Source: Ministeria vibrans ATCC 50519 | Lineage: Eukaryota; Protista; Filasterea | Direction: 5' to 3' | DNA length: 64,000 nucleotides | NCBI GenBank assembly: GCA_943704425.1 | Contig: CALSCP010000425.1 | Location: 1 to 64,000 of the forward strand | Translations under genes and position numbers: made by a program | Notes under the pieces: model-generated | Seen by the model: the letters and a program-made list of their open reading frames with translations, nothing else | The model's database searches: none | Told to the model about the DNA's origin: nothing | Part shown: positions 24,850 to 35,489 of the stretch, in pieces | Layout of the letters: the number at the start of each line of letters is the position of its first letter | Numbering within the stretch: position 1 is the first letter of the stretch

Positions 24850-25703
24850 ATGTCGGACCCATACAAGTCAGAGTTGGAGCACAAGGGAAAGTACTCGCGT
24901 CTGCGAATCTTTGGCGACATTCTCTTTGCCATTTCCATTTTGACAGCGGTAAGGACCTTCTTTTGTCTTCTGTGTGCCCCAAACGTCTCTCCCGGCCGCA
25001 CCCACACGCCAATGCGTGTTCGGTAGGGTCCACACTGCATCTATGTGTCTCTGTGGATGGCCATGAGAACGCCCTGTGCCTGTTTTCTGCTGCGCGGACT
25101 CATTTTGTGCATTTCTCCTCCGACAGTTTTTGGGGTGTGCTGTGCTTGCGCTGGGCATTTGGGCACTGGTCAGTTTGCAGGACTACACTGCGCTGACGAC
25201 CACGCACGTGCTTGTCGTTGGCATTTCGCTGATCATTGTGGGTCTGCTTCTGTTCTTCTTTGGCGGCCTTGGCTGTCTTGGCGTGTGGAAGCAGGACTAC
25301 CGTCTTCTAGAAGTGTACTTTTGGATGTTACTCTGTCTCATCATTTTCGAAGTAAGTCTGGCAACTCCCTTCGTCATTGCCCCAACCCTCAAACCGATGC
25401 ATGGTAGATTGCAGCCACGGCACTTGCCTTCTTCTTCCGCACACAGATCGAGCAGTGGCTCGTTGACGAGTGGAACAACGGCGTCACCGCACCCACCGAC
25501 CCCGAAGTGCTGCAGACCATTGACCTTGTCCAGACAACCGTACGCTATGATAAACATTATAATTATTGATATGTATATTATGCGGCTTTAATACTAATCT
25601 GTATAGTTTTCGTGTTGTGGACTGACGGGCAACACCAATTGGGCCACATACGATGCATACCCCACGCATCTGCCCACCAAAGCCCCAACAAGGTACGCCA
25701 TCG

Positions 25704-25745
<42 letters not shown>

Positions 25746-25790
25746 GAGTGTGTGTATGTGTATGTGTGTGTGTGAGTGTGTGTATGTGTA

Positions 25791-25842
<52 letters not shown>

Positions 25843-26196
25843 TTTGTGTATGTGTCTTTGTGTGTGTGTCTTTGTGCGTGTGTGTCTTTATTGGTGTGTT
25901 TATCTTTGTGGCGTGTTTTTTTTGTGGTGTGTGTGTCTCACATTGTCTGTAGCTGCTGCATTCCGGAGCAGCGGACCACCGACGACTGCTGGAACAACTA
26001 CAACTACCTTATGACAGCCGGGTGCCAGGAGACGGTCAAGGCGTGGTTCAGCCGCAATGCCGTTGCTCTCGGTGTTAGCGTGCTTATCTTTGTGCTCATC
26101 CAGAGCGTATCTCTCATGCTCGCCTGGTCCGTCATTGTCCGTCTGAAGAATGAGGAGGACGACCATTTGCAACAGCTCATGACGCATCGCATGTAA
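24850..26196 (+). CDS. Tetraspanin, 5 exons
   Basis: Four TM segments, GGLGCLG, large loop VQTT|FSCCG (CCG motif), PT|SCC, GCQETVKAWF. Confidence 0.9.
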
Positions 26197-26413
26197 ACCA
26201 ACCAAAAATGAACCGCATACCGACGTACTGTACACTAGACAAGTAGACATGGCCATGAAAGAGAGTTGGAAGCGTTGCAACTAATGCCAATTTGAAGAAG
26301 AAAAGAAAAAACCAGTACAGTAAAAATGCCCAGAACACGTCATCCTCGTCGTAACAAAGAAAGAAAAGAATGTACACGACTTTTGTATTACAATAATATT
26401 GCATGATTCAGTG

Positions 26414-26717
26414 TTAAGCTTCGCCAAACAGAATGTCTGTCGCCGGTGAGAGTTTTTCAGCCCACGAAGACGACACGGGAACCCTGCTTCGTTTCCTTCG
26501 ATCACGAGTACGAGACAGTCGATCTTCGCCCTCAATCTGCGGCACATGAGAGACAAACACAATTTCTTTGTCAACTTTGAGACGACCGAAAGTTAACAAA
26601 CCTGTGACTTTGCAACAGACGCACACATTCTGGCGCCTAGTGCTGCAACCGCAACAAGTACAAGCTTTCCGGCTGTGGCAGGGTAAGAGACAGAGAGAGG
26701 GCGGTAAGTGTGTGTGA

Positions 26718-26751
<34 letters not shown>

Positions 26752-26864
26752 TCCAAATGCTGTTTCTGTGTCCCACTTGAATGCTGAGACAAAAGATGTG
26801 CGACGACGCCAAGGGTGATTAATATCACCGTCGCTCGTATCTTTTGTCGGTTCGATAGTGCCAT
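26414..26864 (-). CDS. Putative small (~93 aa) two-TM orphan protein, 3 exons
   Basis: Hand splice: MALSNRQKIRATVILITLGVVAHLLSQHS|TGKLVLVAVAALGARMCASVAKSQ|IEGEDRL...ILFGEA*; GT-AG boundaries; no homology recognised. Confidence 0.45.
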
Positions 26865-26929
26865 ATTTAAATAAAATAAATGAATTTTATGTTATTTTAA
26901 CTTAATTCTTTTGTGTTTTAGCCCCTCCA

Positions 26930-28374
26930 ATGACGATCATGACTACATTCACTGCACCGCCTTCTGCCTCGTCTAACGAATCGACTCATTCGACTGGTCC
27001 TCGAATCACCAAAGAAGAACTCAAAAGAATTTGCCGTGAACAAAAACTGTACACGACGCCGTCGCTCAACGACACGCTATACCTTCACTACAAGGTAGGT
27101 TGAGTGCGGTTTGCATCGGCAAGGCTTCAGACGACGCCGGCCTTGTTTGTTTATAATGTTTTGTATGACTCATGTGTGTTGCCATGGCAATGTACTTGTT
27201 TCGCCGTTAAGGGTTACCAACGCATTGAGAACCTCGAAGAGTACACCGGCCTGAAGACTCTCTGGCTAGAGAACAACGTGATTGAGGTTATTGACAACTT
27301 GCAAGCTCAAACACAGCTGCGTTCACTGTAAAAACAACCGAAAACAGTTTGCATAGTGTAATCCTTCTTCTCCTTAGATACTTACAACACAACTACATTA
27401 AAGAATTGGGCAACTTTGAAGGCCTTGTGCAGCTGGACACACTCAATGTGAGCCACAACGTGCTCGAGAGAGTGACCAACCTTGCACCCCTCGTCAAGCT
27501 GACAACATTGAACGCCGCTCACAATCGCCTCATGCGTGTCGACGGTCTCGTTGAGTGTCCCACTCTGTCTGTGGCAGATTTGGCTCACAACAAACTCAAT
27601 GACCCGGCCGTCATGGAGGTGTTTGAGAGACTGCCAAACTTGCGCGTGCTCATTCTGACAGGCAATCCTGTGGTGAAGCTGATTGGCAACTATCGCAAAA
27701 GCACCATTGCGCGCCTGCCACAGCTGACGTACCTCGATGACCGTCCCGTCTCAGAGAAGGAGCGAGCTGTGTGCGAGGCATGGGCACGTGGGGGTGTGGA
27801 GGCGGAACGAGAGGCGCGGAGTGGATGGGAGCGAGAAGAGCGCGAGCGGATGCAAAGGGGATTCCGCCACTTGGATGAGCTGCGGAACCGCAATCGGGCG
27901 CGACGAGTGGAGGCGGAAAGGAGGGGAATCAACATGGGAGTTGAGCAGGAGGAAGGGGAAAGAATCGAGGGGGGTGTTGTAGCTGGTGGTGGGGAGACCG
28001 ATGAAGGAGAAACGAGCGAGAGTGAGGCGGGAACGTCAGCAAGTGTGTCTGTGCGGGATGAGCGAGACGAACGCGACGAGGAGCTGAATGAGGAAGGGGA
28101 AGATCACGATGAGACTGAGCCAGAGGAAGAAGAAATGGAGACAATTGTGCTGAGTGGGGCACGCGCACTGCAGCTGAGCGAGCGACCGCAGGAGACCCGT
28201 CGCGACACATGGACAGAAGCGCAGCAATCCCCACTCGATGTTGGCGATGCCTCATTGCTCACCTTTGGTCAACCAACTGCCACACTCAACCCATCGAGTG
28301 GCCACTCTTCGTCAGATTCTACAGTGAAACGTCCTCTGCTCATTGAGTTGTTAGGAGATGATGACGTTGAATGA
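26930..28374 (+). CDS. DNAAF1: Dynein axonemal assembly factor 1 (LRRC50/ODA7)
   Basis: [33 protein letters not shown]|[22 protein letters not shown]; [21 protein letters not shown]. Confidence 0.95.
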
Positions 28375-28812
28375 AACAAGTAAAGAAAAGAGTGGTGTAT
28401 AAACATGACAAAATAAATTAGAAGAAGAATAAAATGCGTTTCCAATAATAACTACGTTATTATCTTGCCAGCCTTGCCCTATGTCCCTATCAGGATATGG
28501 GGTATATCTGGCAATATCAGCGATCAAGTCAGTCCCGTCAAAAATGACAACACAAACAGCTCACTAGAAACATGTTACTGCTACTCAATGTCAACGCAAG
28601 AAATTTCAAAACAAAGATAGGTGCAAGAAGTTCAAAGACAGTGATACACTCCGGCTACTTAGCTGTGGAAGTGCGCAAAGAAACTCAGGGGTATTACAAT
28701 CCTGTGCGCGGCAGTGGCAAGTGCACTATTGTGGCGCTCCTCATTGTAATCGAAAGTGTCTGAAAAAGTGCGCAAAATTATATTGTTTGTTTTATCAAAA
28801 AAAGGAAGGGAA

Positions 28813-28885
28813 TACACCTTCGAGGAATCGAACCTCGATTTCTGTCTTATCAGGGCAGCGTACTTGACCATTGTACGAAAGGTGT
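28813..28885 (-). tRNA. tRNA-like gene, anticodon GAT (nominally Ile), atypical body
   Basis: ACACCTT-TC-GTAC-AATGGTCAA-GTAC-G-CTGCC-CTGATAA-GACAG-AAAT-CGAGG-TTCGATT-CCTCG-AAGGTGT-A; T7 terminator just downstream. Confidence 0.8.
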
Positions 28886-28912
28886 GTATTTTTAAGAATA
28901 AAAAAAAAATAA

Positions 28913-28986
28913 TGGCGGTCCCAGGCGGAGTCGAACCGCCGTTTTCAGGGCTTCAGTCTGGCGTCTTCCCGTTAGACGATAGGACC
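28913..28986 (-). tRNA. tRNA-like gene, anticodon GAA (nominally Phe), G73, genomically encoded CCA
   Basis: GGTCCTA-TC-GTCT-AACGGGA-AGAC-G-CCAGA-CTGAAGC-CCTGA-AAAC-GGCGG-TTCGACT-CCGCC-TGGGACC-G-CCA followed by an oligo-T run. Confidence 0.8.
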
Positions 28987-29126
28987 CGTCCCGAACAGAA
29001 GAAGAGCTGAGAGGGGGAGCAAGAATGCTACCTGTAGCTCTTCTCTGTTGAAATATACCACTGCTTAAAGTGCTTCTTATATCCGTGGCGCAGTGGATTT
29101 CATCAGAACACGGACGGACGTTTTTT
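28987..29126. ncRNA. Candidate ~135-nt structured small RNA (three-way junction) abutting the tRNA 5' end
   Basis: Closing stem CGTCC/GGACG; hairpins 28994-29049 and 29049-29102; T6 run at 29121-29126 on the + strand. Confidence 0.5.
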
Positions 29127-29183
29127 GTTTTTCGACCAAAGTTCGACCAAATTTCAATTTTTCGCAAAATCATTTTGAACTCA

Positions 29184-29190
29184 NNNNNNN
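29184..29190. other. Assembly gap (N run) followed by (CA)n
   Basis: nnnnnnn. Confidence 1.
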
Positions 29191-29246
<56 letters not shown>

Positions 29247-29276
29247 AATCCACGACAACCGTTGCATTCGACCTAC

Positions 29277-29642
29277 CTCGGGATCAAAGAGAAACGGCCC
29301 GTGTCCCAGCTGCAGCGGACACTCGGCCATAGTGAGATTGTGCTCAATCGACATTCGCAAACCCACATTGAAAACCTGAAAAGGTAAAGGAAAACGAAAA
29401 AAGAAATTCAAATCTGCTGAAATAGAGAAATCCTCGCGTAAAAATCGTACCTCCATACGATGGCCCAAACCAACGTTTCCCCACTTCCGACGAACAAAGC
29501 GGTTTCCGGTCGAGGCGGGCGTGGGAATCTCAACAACGGGCAGCGCATAGTCACCCATGGCCGCACAGGGAAGCGGGAGGGGATACGCGCCAAACGCACC
29601 GCCGATCACCAGCGTGCTAATCACCAGCACTGTCCGCAGCAT
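29277..29642 (-). CDS. 5' exons of a secreted/type-II membrane protein, possibly fucosyltransferase-like; cut by the gap
   Basis: MLRTVLVISTLVIGGAFGA signal; GNVGLGHRME|VFNVGLRMSIEHNLT resembles the GLGN-type motif of GT-B fucosyltransferases; next intron enters (TG)n and the gap. Confidence 0.45.
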
Positions 29643-29758
29643 GAGAGTGGCCACGAATAAAGCAAGACAAAAAAAATATATATTCAAAATTCAAACCAAC
29701 ATCAATCAACTCACTCAATCGCATTTCAAAATACCGCACCTTCGCCTGTTGAGTCCTG

Positions 29759-31198
29759 ATGCGCTTTGGCAAAGCCAATGCTGCCCTGTGGCAGGTTGCC
29801 ATTGGCCTGCTGCTGTTCTCGAGCGCGTACTTCCAGGTGCAGCCGATGTTGTCGGAATTTGTTGAGACTCGGGTGTGCGACAACTTCTACGTAAACCGCA
29901 CACGCAACGCAACCAACGCCTGCCAGGTGGCCGAAATCACCCGGGAGTCCAGTCGCTGGCTGCTCTACCTCTCCATCGTGCGCAACGTCCCGAATGCGGT
30001 CGTGGCGTGCCTTGTTGGCGTCATTTCCGATCGCATTGGCCGACGCTTCCCGCTCATCCTCGGCGCACTCGGAATCGCTCTCGAGACGGCCCTCCACGCC
30101 ATTGTCGTGTCGCAATCGCTGCCCATTCCATTCCTCTTCATAGGCGAGGCGGTTGCGGGCTTCTCGGGCGGCGTGGCGACCGTGCTGATGGGTGCGTTTG
30201 CGTACACGGCAGACCTGACGGCTCTCACGGGGCGCTCGCAGGCCTTTGGGGTCACCGAGGGCGTCTTCTTCGTTGGCTCGGCGGTGGGCCCGCTGCTGGG
30301 CGGACTCGTCAGCGACCACTTTGGCTACTGGATTGCCTTCTCGCAGACCTCCCTTCTCTGCGCTCTCGCCTTCCTCTGGTTCCTCTTTCTCTGCAGTGAG
30401 TCACTCCACGACGCCGTTCGCGCCCCCTACATCCAATGGCGCAACGCCTTCATTCTGGGCACGCTCGGTGTCTTGTTGCAGCCCAGCCTGATGTTGTCGC
30501 GCTGGGCGCTCCTCCTCATGGCCACCTCGTTCACCTTCATCTACACCAACCTGGTGGGCTTCCTCACCGTCGTCGTGCTCTACCTCCAGTACCGCTTCAC
30601 CATGAGCGATTCACTCGTTGGCTACTTCTACGCCAGCGAAGCGACCTGCAAAGGATTTGCCCTGCTTGTCGTGCTCCCACTCATCTTTCGCTTCACCCGC
30701 CTCGGCGAGCTCACCCTCATCCAAGGCTCCCTCCTCCTCCTCATCGTCTCCAACATTCTCTTTGCCGTCGCCGTTGCCCCCTGGCAGATGTTTGTCGTGA
30801 CCATCATCGACGGCACCGGAAACATCTGCGTGCCTCTTCTGCGCTCCCTTATTTCTCAGAGCGTCGCCGCAAGCGAACAGGGCCGTGTGCTCTCGGCCAT
30901 TGCTGCGCTCGAGGCCCTCTTTGGCTTGGTCGGCCCTATCCTGTACCAGTCGCTCTACCAACAGACCGCCAAGCACCACCCAAACAGCATCTTCTACGTC
31001 ATGGCTGCCTTTGTTGTCATTCCCATCATCCTCATGCTTTTTGTGCGTCGCCGCATCGCCACAACCGACTCGCGCGTGCAGCCCTACCGCTACGACGTCC
31101 TCGAAGCGACCGCCAACGACCGAATAGCACAAGCGCACCTTATCACTACCAACACCAGTCTCACCACCACCGAGACCGACCCACTTCTCCACCATCAC

Positions 31199-31233
<35 letters not shown>

Positions 31234-31459
31234 CTCAAGACAGATTGTCGTCGCCTATGGTACCATTAACGACAGCGACTCCCTTGTCTACCGCACCACC
31301 ACCGACTCCCCTTCTTCCTACCACTCCCCTTCTTCCTCCCCGCCCCTCCGTAACACATCTGCCAGTGACGGCGATGACTGGACTCTCCCGCCCGTTACGC
31401 CACAAAAACATCACTCACAGCGACAACAACACGACGACACTGACCACTTTCTCTTCTAA
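29759..31459 (+). CDS. MFS transporter, SLC46/PCFT-like, intronless
   Basis: About 12 TM; motif A GVISDRIGRR; GAFAYTADLT; PLLRSLISQSVAASEQGRVLSAIA. Confidence 0.9.
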
Positions 31460-31531
31460 CTCTCATTTGTACTGCAACACACAACTGAATGTTTTTTTTT
31501 TTGTTTATAATCTCTCTTTTTTTTTTCGCGA

Positions 31532-33004
31532 TCACTCGGGAGTGGTTGGGGAGGAAGTAAGATAGTCATCTTCCACATAGGCATCAACGGGATCCTGAAT
31601 GACGCGCATGGCATTGCGACGGCGCGCGGGTAGTTTGTAGTTGAAGGCGGTGACCATAGAGACAACGGCCCTGCGCTGGGCGGGTGTGTACGTGCGTCGC
31701 ACATCGTCGCGAATGCGCTCAGCCAAGGGTGCCACCAGCGATTCGTCAAAGATATTCAAGCGCTGCAAAGCCGAGGCCAGACGTGCAATCTGAGCGGGGG
31801 TGAAGCGGCGTTGGGAGACAGGAAGGCGTTTGCGCAGCCGAGGACTCAGCTCGACGGAGAGCTCATTCATGAGATCGTAGTGGAAGAGGGAGGGACGCAC
31901 TGCCTTGGGATCCTTCATTTGCTGCTCCGTGAGGGTGGCGAGACGCAACTCATGCTGACGCGCGTACATGTCGACAATGTCAATGAGCGCATCGTTCTTC
32001 AGCTTGGGAAAGTAGATCTGGTAGGCAGGCATGAGCGCGTCAAACAGCTCTTCGTGGTGTACGTCCGCGCGAGAATATGCCTTGCCCAGACTCACCAACA
32101 TAGGCGGTTGCATCTCGCCCAGTCGCACAAAATCCTCCAAAAGATTGCCGGCACACACGCGGTACAACTCTTGGTTCTTGTAGCCGAGTTTGGCCGCCGA
32201 GGAGAGCTAGGGAAGCAGAAGAAGTTTTCAAAAAGGAAAAACACAAAAAAAAAAAGGTAGCATCTTGTTGAGATCTTTGCGTACCATCAATGTCATTGTC
32301 TCTTCTCTCATGTACGTGAGACAGGCGGCGTCGGTCTTGACAAAGGCCAAGAGGTCCTTGAGGATGGTCTTCCACGCTCTCTTGTTGGTCGTGCGTCTCT
32401 CGGTGTTGGTGTCGCTGGCGGCGTCCATGCGCGCGTACGCCTGCAGCACGGCGACGCACGGCAGCACAGCACGATCAAGGGTGTCGCGCGCACGGTGCAT
32501 CTCGTCGATGGTCGCACGCGCCGGCGGGGGCTTGGGCTCGCCCATCTCGTCGACGGTGGCCGACTCGGGGATGGCGCGCGGACGGAAGGGGAGCGCGAGC
32601 AGCTGCGTTTGCAGCAGAAACTTTGGCAGGATGGCATCGCGCACTCGCTTGCATCTGTGCGCCAGACGCACCGCCTTTCGCGCGAACACCTTGTCGAGGA
32701 CGGCCTCCTTGGCGCCGGCGCGGATGAGCAGGGGCGTAACGTGGTGGATGCGATTGTCGACGACATTGAGAAAACGAGCGATGCGCTGCGGGTTTGGATC
32801 GAGCCGCAGCCAGCGCGCGCGCTTGTACATGGGCGTGTAATGGGAGTCCTTGCCCGCCGACGACGCCGGGGGGCGTTTGATGAGCGGTCGAGGCGGTAGG
32901 AGCGTCGGATCGTTTTCGGGCGCTGCCGTCGAAATCATCGCGCGATGCAACGCCACGACTCTTCTCATGTGGCCCGTGCGGCACCTGAGGTGCGACTGTA
33001 ACAT
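31532..33004 (-). CDS. Mitochondrial-targeted helical-repeat protein (FASTK/OPR-like), 2 exons (33004-32285, 32206-31532)
   Basis: Arg-rich presequence MLQSHLRCRTGHMRRVVALHRAMIST; repeats TLM|LSSAAKLGYKNQELY, LVSLGKAYSRADVHHEELFDAL, FTPAQIARLASALQRLNIFDESLVAPLA. Confidence 0.65.
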
Positions 33005-33124
33005 GACTAACTATAAAAGTGAAAATATCGTTTTGACTTTTCAGTTTTGGATTTTGGATCTATTTGAAACGTTTGGATTAATTTCAATTTGGATCACTCA
33101 TCACTCTTTCATTAACAATTGTCC

Positions 33125-33447
33125 ATGGTCGAGACGGCTTCGCGTATCGTCGGTATGTGTGGTGCACGCATGGTGTTGCAGTTTACCTCTGCCTGTTTGC
33201 CTTTGACATCTCTTGTGCGTTTCTCTTTCAGACTATTGGCACAGACAGCTCAACTTGGCAAAGACTCTAAATGCCGCTGAAAACATTGTTTGCCTTGTTG
33301 AACACGCCCACACGCCACGGGTACATCCACACACATGTATTAAGCCTTGTTTTAATCCCCTTGTTGTGTGAAAACAGGCAACAGGAAGCGACGCAGAACA
33401 CATTGAAGGGCAACGCACTTACACCGCACTCTGTCGACGCACGCAAC
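33125..33447 (+). CDS. Three 5' exons of an unidentified gene, truncated at the (CT)n tract
   Basis: Exons 33125-33152, 33232-33320, 33378-33447: MVETASRIV|DYWHRQLNLAKTLNAAENIVCLVEHAHTPR|...; the following intron runs into the microsatellite. Confidence 0.5.
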
Positions 33448-33499
33448 GTATCATACCCCACAATGCCTCACCCACACACACACACACACTTTGTCTATC

Positions 33500-33706
<207 letters not shown>

Positions 33707-33720
33707 TTCTTCTGGAATAG

Positions 33721-35330
33721 ACTCCCTCTCATTCCCTCTTTGGATCATTCTCCCATTTCTGCGCCTGATCTTATCGATCTCATTGACGTTTTTGTTAGAA
33801 TGATCCAAGTAAGATAAAAAAAAATGTTTGTATCTTGCGATTCTCACTTCCTATCACTCAAACCCACGTTAAATAGCACACAATTTTAAACTAAATCTAA
33901 CTATTTTCTCGAACAATCTTGCACACTCAAACTCAATGCATGATCTTACACAAAAATCTCTCACTATTACTAATAATTATTATATTGATTTTTATTATTA
34001 TAGTCTGAACAAGAACTGGTTGTGCGCCTTTTTCCGTCCTCGCATGTTACACCCACGCTCACCGACACACTCACGGGTCCCCTTGCACTGTTTCACTCGC
34101 GCACTCAGTCCATTCTCGACCGCTGGAAGAAATCCCTTCCGGAAAACATTGACTGCTTCTTTGAGCTCATTGACATTTACGAGGCCTATCGCTCCAATGA
34201 CCTGACTCTCATCAACTCGCTCTCGTCCGCAAAAGTCCCCTTCGACACCGAAATGGCTCAGTTGGCCCTCAAAACACTCACTCAATATGACGAACTTATT
34301 CGCTCAGACTCCACTCAGAAATCCAAACTCGCCCCAGACGGAACAGTCCACTCTCTTGCGCGCAACACAATGACATTCTTCCAACGTCTCGCAAACTGTT
34401 CGCGCAGCACCATCAGCGCACTCCTTACTCAACAACAAATCACTCACCATAAGACGACCAAGCAACAACAGTCGGTCTCTCTCGTCTCAACGCAGTCTTC
34501 TTCTTCTTCTTCGTCTCACGATCAGACTGTCAGGGACTATCTCTCAAATCTACTCAACACTCTCGTCAAAAATCTTGAAGACAAAGCTAAATCGTACGAT
34601 TTGGAGCCGCTCCGACTTATTTTTCTCGCCAACAATTTCCATTACATTCTCAAAACGGCTAAAAAGTCACAGGTAAGATTCGTATTAATAATAATTATAA
34701 AATTAATGCGCCTTTGAAATTCTGTTCAGTTTCTGGAGCTTTTAGAGCCCAATTTCATTGACACATTTGAGCAAAAGTTGTCCCAAACACTTCAAAATTA
34801 CGCAGAAAGGTATTAAACTGGCGAGACATCTCTAAAAAAAAAACAAAAAAACAAGTATGAAACACTCTCACATACTGTCATGCCAATTCATATAGCACAT
34901 GGAAAAAGGCACTGCGACACATTCGAGAAAGCGAAGTGAGTTCGAGTGGGAAGAGTGCAAAGACGGACAACAAACAGGCGATCAAAGACCGTTTTAAGGT
35001 AGTAATTGTTGTGAGTGTTTGTGTTTCGACTGAGAGGAATAAATAATCATAAGAAGAATACTAATAATAATGAAAACAATTTTTATGACTTAGGGTTTTA
35101 ATGGTGAACTGGAGGACGCAAAAAAAGCGCAACGAGTGTTTGCGATTCCAGATCGAGAGTTACTCGCACGAGTGCGCACACTCAATCGCACGACACTCAA
35201 TGATTCGTATTGTGCCTTTCTCGCGCGCTATCAGAATGTTCCGTTCACGAAGAACCTGAATAAGTATCTGAAGTACTCACCTGATATTGTGATGGAAATG
35301 TTGGATGGGTTTTTTGATGAGCGCGCGTGA
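33721..35330 (+). CDS. EXOC7: Exocyst subunit Exo70, 3' part (multi-exon)
   Basis: IDVFVRMIQ|SEQELV; PDGTVHSLARNTMTFFQRL; IFLANNFHYILK; KQAIKDRFK|GFNGELE; FAIPDREL; FTKNLNKYLKYSP. Confidence 0.9.
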
Positions 35331-35489
35331 GACTGAATGAGGGAAAACAGAGAGGGAGCCTGAAAGAGAAAGTATGATCTTTTTGTTTTTGTTTCTAATG
35401 TAAGCCACTGTACGAATAAATGTGTGATACCAGCACAGTTCATCATCAACAAGAGGGCAATCTGAAATAAATAGAAAGTGTAGACCGTT

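Noticed and set aside
29095-29110. CTGATGA on the minus strand as a hammerhead core, SECIS or box C
   Set aside because: No correctly placed GAAA/stem III, no SECIS GA quartet partner, and no terminal box D.
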